A DNA stretch of 64,000 nt from Spirochaetales bacterium (GCA_016934415.1 JAFGSW010000101.1:204-64203); one strand, 5' to 3'. Shown: positions 1 to 8,878, counted from the stretch's first letter. The notes: generated by a model not told the origin, from the sequence alone. A program made the numbers and translations.

Positions 1-17
1 TTCGCGCCATACATGTC
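1..17 (+). repeat. R-box 17-mer TTCGCGCCATACATGTC, copy 1 (at window edge)
   Basis: Exact 17-mer. A half copy, ttcgcgccattca, follows at 31-43. CT-rich flank. Confidence 0.8.
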
Positions 18-86
18 TTCCACCTCCCCCTTCGCGCCATTCACCCACCCTTGCCCCCCCGCCCCGACCGTGGTACTCTCGGGGCC

Positions 87-671
87 ATGGACTTGGTCGA
101 ATTTGAAACCCTCCACCAGTGGCTCACCCGTGTGCACGACGACGATCACGGCCTGCCGTTCTGGCACGGCTACCTGGCCGCCGTCGTCTGCGGGCCGAAG
201 ATGCTCATGCCTTCCCAATGGATGCCCGCGCTTCTGCGGCCGCGCGGGGATGACTATGTTTTCGAAAGCGAAGACGAGATGCGGCAAACCAACGGCCTCA
301 TCATGGCCGCGTACGACGACGTCGCCCGGCAATTGATGGGAGATATCTTCAGGCCGTACCTGTCGTCCCGTGAGGACGGGCTCGTCCAGTGGTGCCGGGG
401 GTTCGTGGAGGGGCTCGGCGCCTGGTTTTCCGGGCTCGATGAAAAGGACCGCGAGCGCGTCACCCGGCTCATCGGCCCGATCCTCTTCTATTCCGACCGG
501 GAAACTTCGGCGCCGGAGCTGGAAAAGGAGTTCGGCAAGGAGGACGCCGACAAGTTGTTCCGGGACACGCCCAAATATCTTAAACGCGCCGTCCCCGCCC
601 TCCGCAAGTATTTCATGCCCGGCGGCCGGGAAGCGGCGGACAGGGCGGATGCAGAGTCCCGGGAGGAGTGA
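87..671 (+). CDS. UPF0149/YecA-like family protein
   Basis: ORF 51..671, first ATG at 87. The segment WHGYLAAVVCGP...PSQW resembles the YgfB/YecA N-terminal family. Bracketed by R-box copies 1 and 2. Confidence 0.5.
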   Translation: MDLVEFETLHQWLTRVHDDDHGLPFWHGYLAAVVCGPKMLMPSQWMPALLRPRGDDYVFESEDEMRQTNGLIMAAYDDVARQLMGDIFRPYLSSREDGLVQWCRGFVEGLGAWFSGLDEKDRERVTRLIGPILFYSDRETSAPELEKEFGKEDADKLFRDTPKYLKRAVPALRKYFMPGGREAADRADAESREE

Positions 672-717
672 CCCTTCCCCGCCCATCTTCCCTCTTCCCC
701 ATTCGCGTCCTGCGCAA

Positions 718-734
718 TTCGCGCCATACATGTC
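718..734 (+). repeat. R-box 17-mer, copy 2
   Basis: Exact TTCGCGCCATACATGTC, preceded by the half copy attcgcgtcctgcgca. CT-rich flanks. Confidence 0.8.
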
Positions 735-770
735 TTCATTTTCTCCCTTCAACCCGACGCGTGTTTACGG

Positions 771-800
771 TTGAAAAGGAGCGTATAAATAGTATAGAAT
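771..800 (+). promoter_or_regulatory. Putative sigma70-type promoter of the xylanase gene
   Basis: TTGAAA at 771-776, then TAGAAT at 795-800 (18-nt spacer) or TATAGA at 793-798 (16-nt spacer). About 70 nt upstream of ATG 874. Confidence 0.35.
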
Positions 801-873
801 GTTGAGCGTGTCTATAATTCTCCCCAAGAAAGACCGGAAAGTATCAACAATTTTGTATTACGGAGGACATGTC

Positions 874-1572
874 ATGAAGAAGATGAAGCTTATACTCGCG
901 GCCTTGGCGATGGTCGGTTTAGTGCTGAGCTGCGCCTCCGGCGGCGCGAGTGCGGCCAAACCCAAACCCCAACCCAAAACCAGGGTCGTCACCGCCAATA
1001 CGCAAAGCATGGACGGCGGTTATTTTTATTCGTTCTGGACCAATGGCGGCGGAGAGGTCAAAATGACGCTGGACGGAGCCAACGGCTACAGCGTCCGCTG
1101 GACCGATTGCGACAACTTCACCTGCGGAAAAGGCTGGAGCAAGGGCACCGGCCGGACCATCTCCTACACCGGCTACTACAATTCCTCGGGCGGCGGAGCA
1201 TTCGGCGTGTACGGCTGGACGGTCGACCCGCTCGTGGAATATTACGTCTCTGACAAGTTGGGCGAGATGTCCAATCCCGACACCGCCGGCGACCGCGTCG
1301 GCGGCTTCGAATGCGACGGCGCCACCTACAACATCTACAAGCACAAGCAAATCCAACAACCTTCCATCAACGGAACCGCCGACTTCATGCAGTTCAAGAG
1401 CATCCGGATGACGCCGAGAACGGGCGGCACCATTACCGTCCAGAAACACTTCGACGAATGGGCCAAGGTGGGATTGGAGCTGGGAAAACGCCACAATTAC
1501 CAGATTTTGTTGACCGAGGGATGGCGCGGAAGCGGGAGCGCGCAGGCGTCCATCACCGAAGTGTCCGAATAA
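874..1572 (+). CDS. Glycoside hydrolase family 11 endo-1,4-beta-xylanase, lipoprotein
   Basis: ATG 874 follows GGAGGA. Lipobox LVLSC. GH11 signatures YFYSFWTNGGG, PLVEYYV (nucleophile Glu), PSINGT and LTEGW (acid/base Glu). Confidence 0.9.
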   Translation: MKKMKLILAALAMVGLVLSCASGGASAAKPKPQPKTRVVTANTQSMDGGYFYSFWTNGGGEVKMTLDGANGYSVRWTDCDNFTCGKGWSKGTGRTISYTGYYNSSGGGAFGVYGWTVDPLVEYYVSDKLGEMSNPDTAGDRVGGFECDGATYNIYKHKQIQQPSINGTADFMQFKSIRMTPRTGGTITVQKHFDEWAKVGLELGKRHNYQILLTEGWRGSGSAQASITEVSE

Positions 1573-1609
1573 GGCGTCGGATTCTTCACCACTGAGAATT
1601 CATAAAATG

Positions 1610-1656
1610 CGCGGAACGCGCTTCCGATTGCCCGGGGCGTGTTCCGCGTTTTTTTT
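1610..1656 (+). terminator. Intrinsic terminator after the xylanase gene
   Basis: Stem CGCGGAACGCG (1610-1620) pairs with CGTGTTCCGCG (1638-1648) with one mismatch, followed by a T8 run at 1649-1656. Confidence 0.7.
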
Positions 1657-1754
1657 CTTGTCCGCCCGCCGCATATAAAAAGATTGAAAAAACGGAGAAT
1701 AAATGGTCTCCTGGAGACCGATTCAGTTTCACGTTCCGCCATGGAGGTTCGCTT

Positions 1755-2243
1755 ATGGGTAACATTCTGGGATTCGGCACGGCGCTCTACGGCCACATCG
1801 ACAGGCGGGCCGACGATTCCTATGTCGCCACCAAATGGGCCATCGGTCTTTTCATACCGCTCGTTCCGCTTCAAACGCTCCGGGTCGCCAAGCTCGGGAC
1901 GAGCGTCAACCAGAGCGGATACTCGATTTCCTCCGTCACCCGGTACAATATACTGGAACAGAAAAACCTAAGCGTCGCTCAAGTATTGTTCACTTATTTC
2001 TCCCTGCTGATACCGATTCTCTTTCTCATTGCGTTCGCCCTCGGTTTCATCGCCCCGAAAAACGATATTGCGGCGAGCGTCGCCATGATGGTCGCCGTTC
2101 TATCAAGCCCGGTTTTCATGCTGTTTTATACGTTGCGAATAAAGAGAAATCCGGTCGTCTGGACGATCATCGGCTTCGTTTTTCCATTGTTGCCCTTTAT
2201 TTTCGCTTTTTTCGTCAAATCGAGATTCCCGGGAAAGAAATGA
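1755..2243 (+). CDS. Hypothetical integral membrane protein
   Basis: ATG follows GGAGG. Several hydrophobic helices. Its stop overlaps the next start (ATGA at 2240-2243). Confidence 0.6.
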   Translation: MGNILGFGTALYGHIDRRADDSYVATKWAIGLFIPLVPLQTLRVAKLGTSVNQSGYSISSVTRYNILEQKNLSVAQVLFTYFSLLIPILFLIAFALGFIAPKNDIAASVAMMVAVLSSPVFMLFYTLRIKRNPVVWTIIGFVFPLLPFIFAFFVKSRFPGKK

Positions 2244-4261
2244 TACGCACCGATGAATATGCCCCTTCCGGAACGCGCGCGGAGAACGCCGGTATGGCGG
2301 AGGCACGGCGCCGCCTTCGCCTCATCTCGGTCCTGGCGCTCGGCCTGGGGTTCGGCGCGTTGGGTTTCTGCGGCTGCGGGGACGGGAAGGCGGCGGAAGA
2401 GAAGAACCCCGCCGCCGATCTGCTCATGCAGCCGGTCAAGGACGACAAGCCCGTCGACGCGTCGCAATTTGTAAAGGGATTTTCCGGCGTCCCTTCCGGT
2501 GACGAAGCGTTCCTGGCGGAGGCCCTGGCGGACGAGACGGACGCGGCGCTGTCGGCTTCCTATCTGGAGGGCGTCTGGGTGAGGCTGGACGCGCAAACGT
2601 ACCCGGTCGGCCTGAAATACTACGAGCTGGTCATGTATTACTCCTCCCGGGACGTCCGGACGGAGACGCTCGTCGGCGACGAGAGCGCCTATCTCGGCGT
2701 CAACCGAAAAGGATATTTCGAAAAATTCAAGACCGACCGCAGGCCGGAACCCGGCATGGACTTCGGGGAGGAGGGGTATTCGCGGTACTCGGTGCCGCCG
2801 GGAACGTCGCGGATTGAGACGGAAACCCTCACGGTCATACGCCATGACGGCGAAGTTTACCGGGAGGAGAATCGGTCGAAGACCGAGGTGGCGCAATCGT
2901 GCGCGAAAAGCATGGTCGTCGGGAAGGGGGACGAACAAACCCTGTATGTCCGGCTCGTCCCCCCGGTCGAGGAAAAGATACGGGCCCTCAACCGGAAAGT
3001 CCGGAACGCCAATACGGCGGTCATCATCGACAGATGCGAGCGGGAGCTTGAAAACGGCGGCTCCCTCGACCGCGTCAAAGGGTTCCGGTCCGAGCCGGTC
3101 GTCATCGAGGCGGTCAAGAACGCGAACAAGAAGCTGGTCCGCTACGCGATCGACAAGGGGGCGGACGTCAGCGTCAGGATCGGCGACTTCCGGCGGACTC
3201 CGTTCTTCTTCGCGGGGCAGTCGGGCGACGTCGAGATCGCGGACATGCTCCTGGCCGCGGGCGCCGACATCGACGCCGTCGATGAGGTCGGGTATACGGC
3301 ATTGTCGAACGCGATCATCACGGGGCACGTGAACATGTCGAAGTATCTGATCGCGAAGGGCGCCTCCCTTTCGCGGGGGCAATACACCCATTCCGTGGAC
3401 GACTACCCGCCGCTGCTGGTCGCCTGCCGCATGAACGACGTGGAGCTCCTGCAGATGATCGTGGACCGGGGCGTGGACGTCGACCAGCCGGTCAGGAGGG
3501 ACCGGGACGGCGGCCGGGAGGATACGGCCCTCATCCAGGCCGCCCGGCGGGGAGAGGAAAAGGCGGTCGATTTTCTCGTCCTGCACAATGCCGATCCTTC
3601 TCTCCACGGGTATGAGAAGAAGACGGCCGCGGAAAGGGCCGCCGAGGGTAAATATTCCCGCATCGTATCGCTTTTGGACGGGCTTCACGGCACACCCTAT
3701 TACCAGGCGTTGCCCGGGACCGCCCCGATCGGCGACGGAAGGCGCGGCCTCTTCTTCACGGCCGGGTGGTCCGCCGACGGCAAGCTCGCCCTCCTCGGTT
3801 TCCTGTCCTCCGCCGGACGGCCGGACGCGGTCGTCCCCTTCCTGCGCGTCACGGACCTGGTGAAGGATTCCGTGGTGTTTGAGAAACGGTGGGAAGAAAT
3901 TTCCGGCACGGCCGGCGCGGTCGACAAGGAGAACATCGCGAAACTGTTCTACCAAAACAAGAAGCTCATCTGTACGCAGTTGCTCTCATCCGGCGTTCAC
4001 CCCGTCCTCGGCGCGCAGGTATTGGCCGAAGAGTTCCGCGAGGGCGGCCGCGTCTACCGTGTGACCCGGGAAGAATCGCCGGAGCGGGCGTTGTATCTCT
4101 CCAGCGGCGCCGAGAGAAAAAAAATCACCTCTCTCCCCTCCGGGGACGACGTTGCCGTCCTGGGCGTCCTGCGGAGCCCCTATGAAAAAAGGATCGCCGT
4201 CGTTCTTTCCACGGGCGGCGGCATCAAGGTCTGCGGCAGCCACCTCTCCGTCGGATTCTGA
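2240..4261 (+). CDS. Ankyrin-repeat lipoprotein
   Basis: ATG 2240 (alternative 2294, MAEARRRL). Lipobox LGFCGC. At least four ankyrin repeats, e.g. GYTALSNAIITGHVNMSKYLIAKGA and DTALIQAARRGEEKAVDFLVLHNAD. Confidence 0.75.
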   Translation: MIRTDEYAPSGTRAENAGMAEARRRLRLISVLALGLGFGALGFCGCGDGKAAEEKNPAADLLMQPVKDDKPVDASQFVKGFSGVPSGDEAFLAEALADETDAALSASYLEGVWVRLDAQTYPVGLKYYELVMYYSSRDVRTETLVGDESAYLGVNRKGYFEKFKTDRRPEPGMDFGEEGYSRYSVPPGTSRIETETLTVIRHDGEVYREENRSKTEVAQSCAKSMVVGKGDEQTLYVRLVPPVEEKIRALNRKVRNANTAVIIDRCERELENGGSLDRVKGFRSEPVVIEAVKNANKKLVRYAIDKGADVSVRIGDFRRTPFFFAGQSGDVEIADMLLAAGADIDAVDEVGYTALSNAIITGHVNMSKYLIAKGASLSRGQYTHSVDDYPPLLVACRMNDVELLQMIVDRGVDVDQPVRRDRDGGREDTALIQAARRGEEKAVDFLVLHNADPSLHGYEKKTAAERAAEGKYSRIVSLLDGLHGTPYYQALPGTAPIGDGRRGLFFTAGWSADGKLALLGFLSSAGRPDAVVPFLRVTDLVKDSVVFEKRWEEISGTAGAVDKENIAKLFYQNKKLICTQLLSSGVHPVLGAQVLAEEFREGGRVYRVTREESPERALYLSSGAERKKITSLPSGDDVAVLGVLRSPYEKRIAVVLSTGGGIKVCGSHLSVGF

Positions 4262-4310
4262 GCGCCCGCGGCCCGTCGCGATGGGGGAAGATGAAGAAGT
4301 TGGGGAGGAA

Positions 4311-4327
4311 GACATGTATGGCGCGAA
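4311..4327 (-). repeat. R-box 17-mer, copy 3 (inverted)
   Basis: GACATGTATGGCGCGAA within purine-rich flanks (ggggaagatgaagaag). Forms an inverted pair with copy 4. Confidence 0.8.
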
Positions 4328-4391
4328 TGGGGAAGATGAAGAAGAAGGGGAGGGGAGAGGAGAGGAGAGGAGAGTGGGCCTGCTCTATCAG

Positions 4392-4425
4392 GCTGTTGAA
4401 AAACCGAAAGCGGTTTTTCAACAGC
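4392..4425. repeat. H-hairpin repeat (GCTGTTGAAAAACCG-N4-CGGTTTTTCAACAGC), copy A
   Basis: Perfect 15-bp arms with a 4-nt loop. Followed by cttcc..atgtaaac, as in copies D and F. Confidence 0.8.
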
Positions 4426-4567
4426 TTCCAAAGATGTAAACAAGACCGCGTCTGTTACTTTTAGCTGCGATTGGTTGTAAAGCTTACAGAAAAAACTAAT
4501 GGTATGGCGGACGGCTCGCCCGCCATACCAAAGAGCGTTTGCAGTTCCAGCATTTTTCTCCTCCTTG

Positions 4568-4584
4568 TTCGCGCCATACATGTC
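4568..4584 (+). repeat. R-box 17-mer, copy 4
   Basis: Exact 17-mer, 10 nt upstream of the TTGACG -35 element of the ABC operon. Confidence 0.8.
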
Positions 4585-4593
4585 TTTTTTCCC

Positions 4594-4638
4594 TTGACGA
4601 TCGGACAGAAAATGTATATTGTGTATATACAATATACA
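4594..4638 (+). promoter_or_regulatory. Putative promoter plus YtrA-type operator of the ABC-GntR operon
   Basis: TTGACG at 4594-4599. An AT-rich -10 region (TATATT/TATTGT) at 4615-4622. Perfect 10-bp inverted repeat TGTATATTGT (4613-4622), N6 spacer, ACAATATACA (4629-4638), 19 nt upstream of the start codon. Confidence 0.5.
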
Positions 4639-4656
4639 CAGTCGGGAGGAGCACCG

Positions 4657-5508
4657 ATGGAGATACTGTCCGTACGAAACCTCTGCAAGAAATACGAGAA
4701 GTTCGAGCTCAGGAACGTGTCCTTCAGCCTCGAGCCGGGGTATATCATGGGGTTCATCGGCAAGAACGGGGCGGGCAAGACCACCACGCTCAAGTCGATG
4801 CTGAACCTGGTCCGGCCCGACGCGGGGACGGTCGCCATGTGCGGGGAGGAATTCCGGGCGAACGAGCTTGAGCTCAAGCAGCGCATCGGCTTCATGTTGG
4901 GCGGGGTGACGTTCTATCCCAAGCAGAGACTGCGCGTCGTGACGAAGGTCATCCGGAGGTTCTACGACGAGTGGGACGACGCCGTCTACGAAGGGTACCT
5001 CCGGCGCTTCGACCTCGATCCGGACAAGAAGGTCGAGGAACTTTCCGCCGGCATGCGGGTCAAATACGCGTTGACTCTGGCCCTCTCCTATCGTCCGAAA
5101 CTGCTCCTTCTCGACGAGCCGACGAGCGGTCTCGATCCGGTGTCCCGTGACGACGTCCTGGAGCTTTTCCAGGAGATCATCGAGGACGGCGAACGGAGCA
5201 TCCTGTTTTCCACCCAGATCACGTCCGACCTGGAGAAGTGCGCCGATTACGTCACCTACATCAAGAACGGAGAAATCGTCGCCAGCTCGGAGAAGGACGA
5301 TTTCACGGGCGCCTACCGGATCGTGAAGGGCACGGGCGATCAATTCACCGACGAGCTTAAGCAGAGGCTCATCGGCTATAAAAAGAACGCGTTCGGGTTC
5401 TCCGGACTCGTCACAGCGGAGGACGCGCCGCGCGTCGACCACCTCGAGACGTCTCCCGCGGACATCGAGTCCATCATGATCTACTTTGAAAAGGAGCACA
5501 GGGAATGA
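4657..5508 (+). CDS. ABC transporter ATP-binding protein
   Basis: RBS GGGAGGA. Walker A GKNGAGKT, signature LSAGMR, Walker B LLLLDEP. Confidence 0.9.
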   Translation: MEILSVRNLCKKYEKFELRNVSFSLEPGYIMGFIGKNGAGKTTTLKSMLNLVRPDAGTVAMCGEEFRANELELKQRIGFMLGGVTFYPKQRLRVVTKVIRRFYDEWDDAVYEGYLRRFDLDPDKKVEELSAGMRVKYALTLALSYRPKLLLLDEPTSGLDPVSRDDVLELFQEIIEDGERSILFSTQITSDLEKCADYVTYIKNGEIVASSEKDDFTGAYRIVKGTGDQFTDELKQRLIGYKKNAFGFSGLVTAEDAPRVDHLETSPADIESIMIYFEKEHRE

Positions 5509-6152
5509 AGAATCTGCTGTACAAGGAATTCAAGCTGGCGGTTCACCCGTCGATGGTGATCTTTCTGTTCTTCGGCGCTTTTCTGCTCATTCCCAGCTGG
5601 CCGTATTTCATCGCCTTCGGCTACCTCTTCATCGGGATCATGAATATGTTCATCGTGGGGAGGGCCAACCAGGACGTCTTCTTCACCGCCGGTCTGCCGG
5701 TCCGCAAGAGTGACGTCGTGCGGGCCAGGGTGCTGGTCATCGTCCTGTTCGAGTTGATGCAGATCGCCGCGGCCGTGCCGTTCGCGTGCCTTAACCCTCT
5801 CATCAACCCTCACGGCAACATGGCCGGCATGAATCCGAACGTCGCCTTCTTCGGCTTCGTGTTCATGATGTACGCCGTGTTCAACTTCGTCTTTTTCCCC
5901 AAGTACTTCAAAACGGCGTACAAGGTCGGCGGGGCGGTCGTCTTGGGCGTGCTGGCCGTGCTCGTGTTCCTGGGCGCGGTCGAGACGGCGGTTCACCTCG
6001 TACCGTGGCTGAATACGAACGTGAACGCCGTCGGCGCCGGCCGCCTGCCGGGCCAGCTCCTCGTGCTGGCGGCCGGGATCGCGGTCTACGCGCTCGTCAC
6101 GCGGCTCGCGTTTAAAAGAGCGGCCGCGCGCTTCGACAAGGTGGACCTGTAA
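5505..6152 (+). CDS. ABC-2 type membrane protein (permease partner)
   Basis: ATGA overlap with the ATPase gene. About six hydrophobic segments. Typical partner in YtrA-type modules. Confidence 0.7.
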   Translation: MKNLLYKEFKLAVHPSMVIFLFFGAFLLIPSWPYFIAFGYLFIGIMNMFIVGRANQDVFFTAGLPVRKSDVVRARVLVIVLFELMQIAAAVPFACLNPLINPHGNMAGMNPNVAFFGFVFMMYAVFNFVFFPKYFKTAYKVGGAVVLGVLAVLVFLGAVETAVHLVPWLNTNVNAVGAGRLPGQLLVLAAGIAVYALVTRLAFKRAAARFDKVDL

Positions 6153-6156
6153 GCCG

Positions 6157-6528
6157 ATGGACATCGTCCTCTCCAACACGTCGGGGAAGCCGATCTACCA
6201 GCAGCTCTTCGAGCAGATTTCCGCCCAGATCGTCAAGGGCGAGCTCGATCGCGATTACTGCCTGCCGCCGATCCGCACGGTCGCCAAGGAGCTCAGGATC
6301 AGCGTCATCCCCGTGAAGCAGGCGTGGGAGGAACTGGAGCGCAAGGGTTTCATCTACACGATGGCCGGCAAGGGCTGCTTCGTGGCGCCTTTCAAGCCGC
6401 GCGACCTCGAAAGCAAACGGAACAAGCTGGTTCTCGCAAAGTTAAAGAAGGACGTCGCGTACTACAAAGAGCTCGGCCTTTCGCTGCAACAGCTCTTAAA
6501 GCTCATCCGATCGCACTACGATTCGTGA
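6157..6528 (+). CDS. GntR family transcriptional regulator, YtrA subfamily
   Basis: Short 123-aa protein. Winged HTH PPIRTVAKELRISVIPVKQAWEELERKGFIYTMAGKGCFV. Confidence 0.85.
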   Translation: MDIVLSNTSGKPIYQQLFEQISAQIVKGELDRDYCLPPIRTVAKELRISVIPVKQAWEELERKGFIYTMAGKGCFVAPFKPRDLESKRNKLVLAKLKKDVAYYKELGLSLQQLLKLIRSHYDS

Positions 6529-6598
6529 GAGACGATCCACGTATATGAATTTAAATCTACCAAAACATTACTATTTTCTTCTCCTATTATTTGCGCCA

Positions 6599-6615
6599 TT
6601 TGCGCCATACATGTC
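6599..6615 (+). repeat. R-box 17-mer, copy 5
   Basis: TTTGCGCCATACATGTC (one mismatch), preceded by the half copy ttgcgccat. Lies between convergent gene ends. Confidence 0.75.
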
Positions 6616-6622
6616 TTCCCCC

Positions 6623-7354
6623 TCACTTTCCGCCTTTCATCCTGATCTTTTCGAACCACTGGAAGTTTTGCACGGCCATGAACATCGGCATATTGTTGAA
6701 TGAGCCGCTCTCGTAGTATCGCGCGCCGCAGCCGAGCTCGAGGCCGTTCGGCGAGAGGATGTTGGCGCGGTGTCCGCTCGAGTTCATCCAGCTCTTCAAC
6801 ACGGCGTCCGCGAAGGAGAGATAGGTGTGCGGCCGGATGAGGGGACCGCTCGGCGAGTAGCTGAACTTGCCCGGACCGCGCTTGTAGACCGATTTTCCCC
6901 CGACGTACCGGAGCCCGAACTCCTTGGCGATGTTTTCGGCCGGGTGCGGATCGGCGACGCCGGCCAGGCGCAGGCGATCCGTGGACGTGGCGCGTTTTTT
7001 GTCGAGCGGATCGGTGTGGCTGAAGAAGTTCTTTTCCGCCATGCGCCGGGCGTGGCCTGAAGCGGCTTCTTCCAGGGCGGCCGAGTAGGCGAGGGGCTTG
7101 AGCCCGCGGCTCAGGCGGATCTCGTTCGTGGCGTAGAAGACCGCCGCGTCGAGGAGCGGGTAGTCGATCGCCTTGAAATCGATCGCGGTGAGGAAGCGCG
7201 GGTCGCGTCGGAAGGTTGTGGTCGTGACCGAGGCGTAATCGTCGGCGCTCCAGGCCGGGGCGGGCTCGGCGGCCGGCCGGCCGGGCGTGAGGCAGGAGAC
7301 GAAGACGACGACGATTCCCAGAGTCAGGGAACGGAGACGGACGATGTACGGCAT
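6623..7354 (-). CDS. CAP/SCP (PR-1-like, YkwD-type) domain secreted protein
   Basis: ATG 7354 follows GGAGG. Signal peptide with VFVSC. CAP motifs FFSHTDP and NSSGHRANIL. Confidence 0.8.
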   Translation of the reverse strand: MPYIVRLRSLTLGIVVVFVSCLTPGRPAAEPAPAWSADDYASVTTTTFRRDPRFLTAIDFKAIDYPLLDAAVFYATNEIRLSRGLKPLAYSAALEEAASGHARRMAEKNFFSHTDPLDKKRATSTDRLRLAGVADPHPAENIAKEFGLRYVGGKSVYKRGPGKFSYSPSGPLIRPHTYLSFADAVLKSWMNSSGHRANILSPNGLELGCGARYYESGSFNNMPMFMAVQNFQWFEKIRMKGGK

Positions 7355-7451
7355 GGCGAACCTCCAATGACAAGTGTAGGCGATGCGGGACGGATTGCAA
7401 GCGCGCCCTATATTTCCAATGCCGGCCGCTTCGGGTATAATCGCCCTCGTC

Positions 7452-8048
7452 ATGAGCGCCGAAAAACGCGCGGCGGACAAGGTCCGCTGCTGGGCCGTCA
7501 CCGATCCGCTGTACGTCGCCTACCACGACCGCGAATGGGGGGCGCCGCTCCACAACGACCGCAAACACTTCGAGTTCCTCATCCTGGAGACGTTCCAGGC
7601 CGGACTTTCCTGGAGCCTCATTCTCCGCAAGCGTGAGAATTTCAGGAAAGCCTTCGACGGCTTCGACTACAATGAAATCGCCCGCTACGGCAAACGGAAG
7701 ATCGCCTCGCTGTTGAAGGACTCCGGCATCGTCCGCAACCGGCTTAAGATCGAGGCGGCGGTCTCCAATGCCAAAGCCTTTCTCGATGTACGGAAGGAAT
7801 TCGGCACGTTCGACAAGTACCTCTGGAGCTTCGTGAAAGGAAAGCCGATTTTCCACGGCCTGAAATCGCACTCACAGATGCCGGCCAAAAACGGGCTCTC
7901 GGACGAGATCAGCCGGGACCTCAAGCGCCGCGGCTTCAAGTTCCTGGGCTCCGTCGTGGTCTATTCCAACCTGCAGGCGGTGGGCATCGTGAACGACCAC
8001 CTCACGCATTGCTTCCGGTACAAGGAGCTCAAGGCGAAGTTCGGATAA
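7452..8048 (+). CDS. tag: DNA-3-methyladenine glycosylase I
   Basis: YHDREWG and FEFLILETFQAGLSW. Zinc ligands at VRCW (N-terminal) and NDHLTHC (C-terminal). Confidence 0.9.
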   Translation: MSAEKRAADKVRCWAVTDPLYVAYHDREWGAPLHNDRKHFEFLILETFQAGLSWSLILRKRENFRKAFDGFDYNEIARYGKRKIASLLKDSGIVRNRLKIEAAVSNAKAFLDVRKEFGTFDKYLWSFVKGKPIFHGLKSHSQMPAKNGLSDEISRDLKRRGFKFLGSVVVYSNLQAVGIVNDHLTHCFRYKELKAKFG

Positions 8049-8058
8049 GGCGAAAGCG

Positions 8059-8844
8059 ATGGCGAGCGAAAAAGAAATCAACGATGCCTGCTCCCTTCTC
8101 GAGACCGACGTCCTGCGCCACATCGTGGCGCTCAAGATGATCGGGCTGTACGGCCGCGAGAGCGGGATCGTCGTGCGCCGGGACGGGCCCGAGTGGGGCG
8201 TGCTCGCCCTGCTTCCCGTCCGGCGCGTGCAGTGGGACCGGCGGAACTACGCCGGGGTCGAGTACTCCGCCTTCGTCGACGGAAGCCGGCCCGGGTCGAC
8301 CCTGGCGATGCTCGACGCGATCCCCCGCGCCAAGGTCGTCGTCAAGTCCGCCGAGCCCGAGGTCGGCCGCGAGCTCATCCGCCGCGGCGCGACGCACGCC
8401 GTGTCCATCCTCTCGTTTACAACCGACCCGGAGGGGGCCGTGCCCGCCTCGTCGCCGGACGTTGAAATCAGGGAGAGTCTCGATGATGAATCGGCGCAAC
8501 TCTTCGCGGAGAACGGCTATGAGTCGGAAGAGCTCGTGAAGCATTTTAAAAACGGTGCGCGCCGGTTCAGCATCCGTGAAGCGGAACGGACGGTCGCGGC
8601 TTGTTTCGTCTTTGAAAACTACAAGACCGTCTGGGAAGTGGGCGGGGTGCGCACCGTTCCCGATCGGCGCGGCCGGGGCCTGGCGAAGAAGACGGCGTCC
8701 GCGGCGCTCCGGTTCCTGTCGGATGAGGGACTGGCCCCGCGCTACCAGACGGTTTCGGACAATACGGCGTCCGTCGCCCTGGCCCGCTCGCTCGGGCTTG
8801 CGCTTTTCCTCACGCAGGAACATTATGTGTGGGAGCGGTCCTGA
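8059..8844 (+). CDS. GNAT family N-acetyltransferase
   Basis: C-terminal acetyl-CoA motif VRTVPDRRGRGLAKKTASAAL. Confidence 0.7.
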   Translation: MASEKEINDACSLLETDVLRHIVALKMIGLYGRESGIVVRRDGPEWGVLALLPVRRVQWDRRNYAGVEYSAFVDGSRPGSTLAMLDAIPRAKVVVKSAEPEVGRELIRRGATHAVSILSFTTDPEGAVPASSPDVEIRESLDDESAQLFAENGYESEELVKHFKNGARRFSIREAERTVAACFVFENYKTVWEVGGVRTVPDRRGRGLAKKTASAALRFLSDEGLAPRYQTVSDNTASVALARSLGLALFLTQEHYVWERS

Positions 8845-8878
8845 ACGGCCGCGCGGCCGTCCCCGCAAGGAGTCTCAC

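Noticed and set aside
1835-2239. Upstream extension of the ankyrin protein ORF
   Set aside because: It overlaps the better-supported membrane protein gene 1755-2243 in another frame. ATG 2240 gives an ATGA coupling followed by a signal peptide and lipobox.
2126-3955. 609-aa minus-strand ORF
   Set aside because: It is antisense to the ankyrin lipoprotein gene, which has clear repeat motifs. The product is Arg/Gly/Pro/Asp-rich and low-complexity, as expected for stop-poor antisense frames in GC-rich DNA.
4180-5499. 439-aa minus-strand ORF
   Set aside because: It is antisense to the ABC ATPase (Walker A/B present on the plus strand) and runs through repeat DNA. No motifs found.
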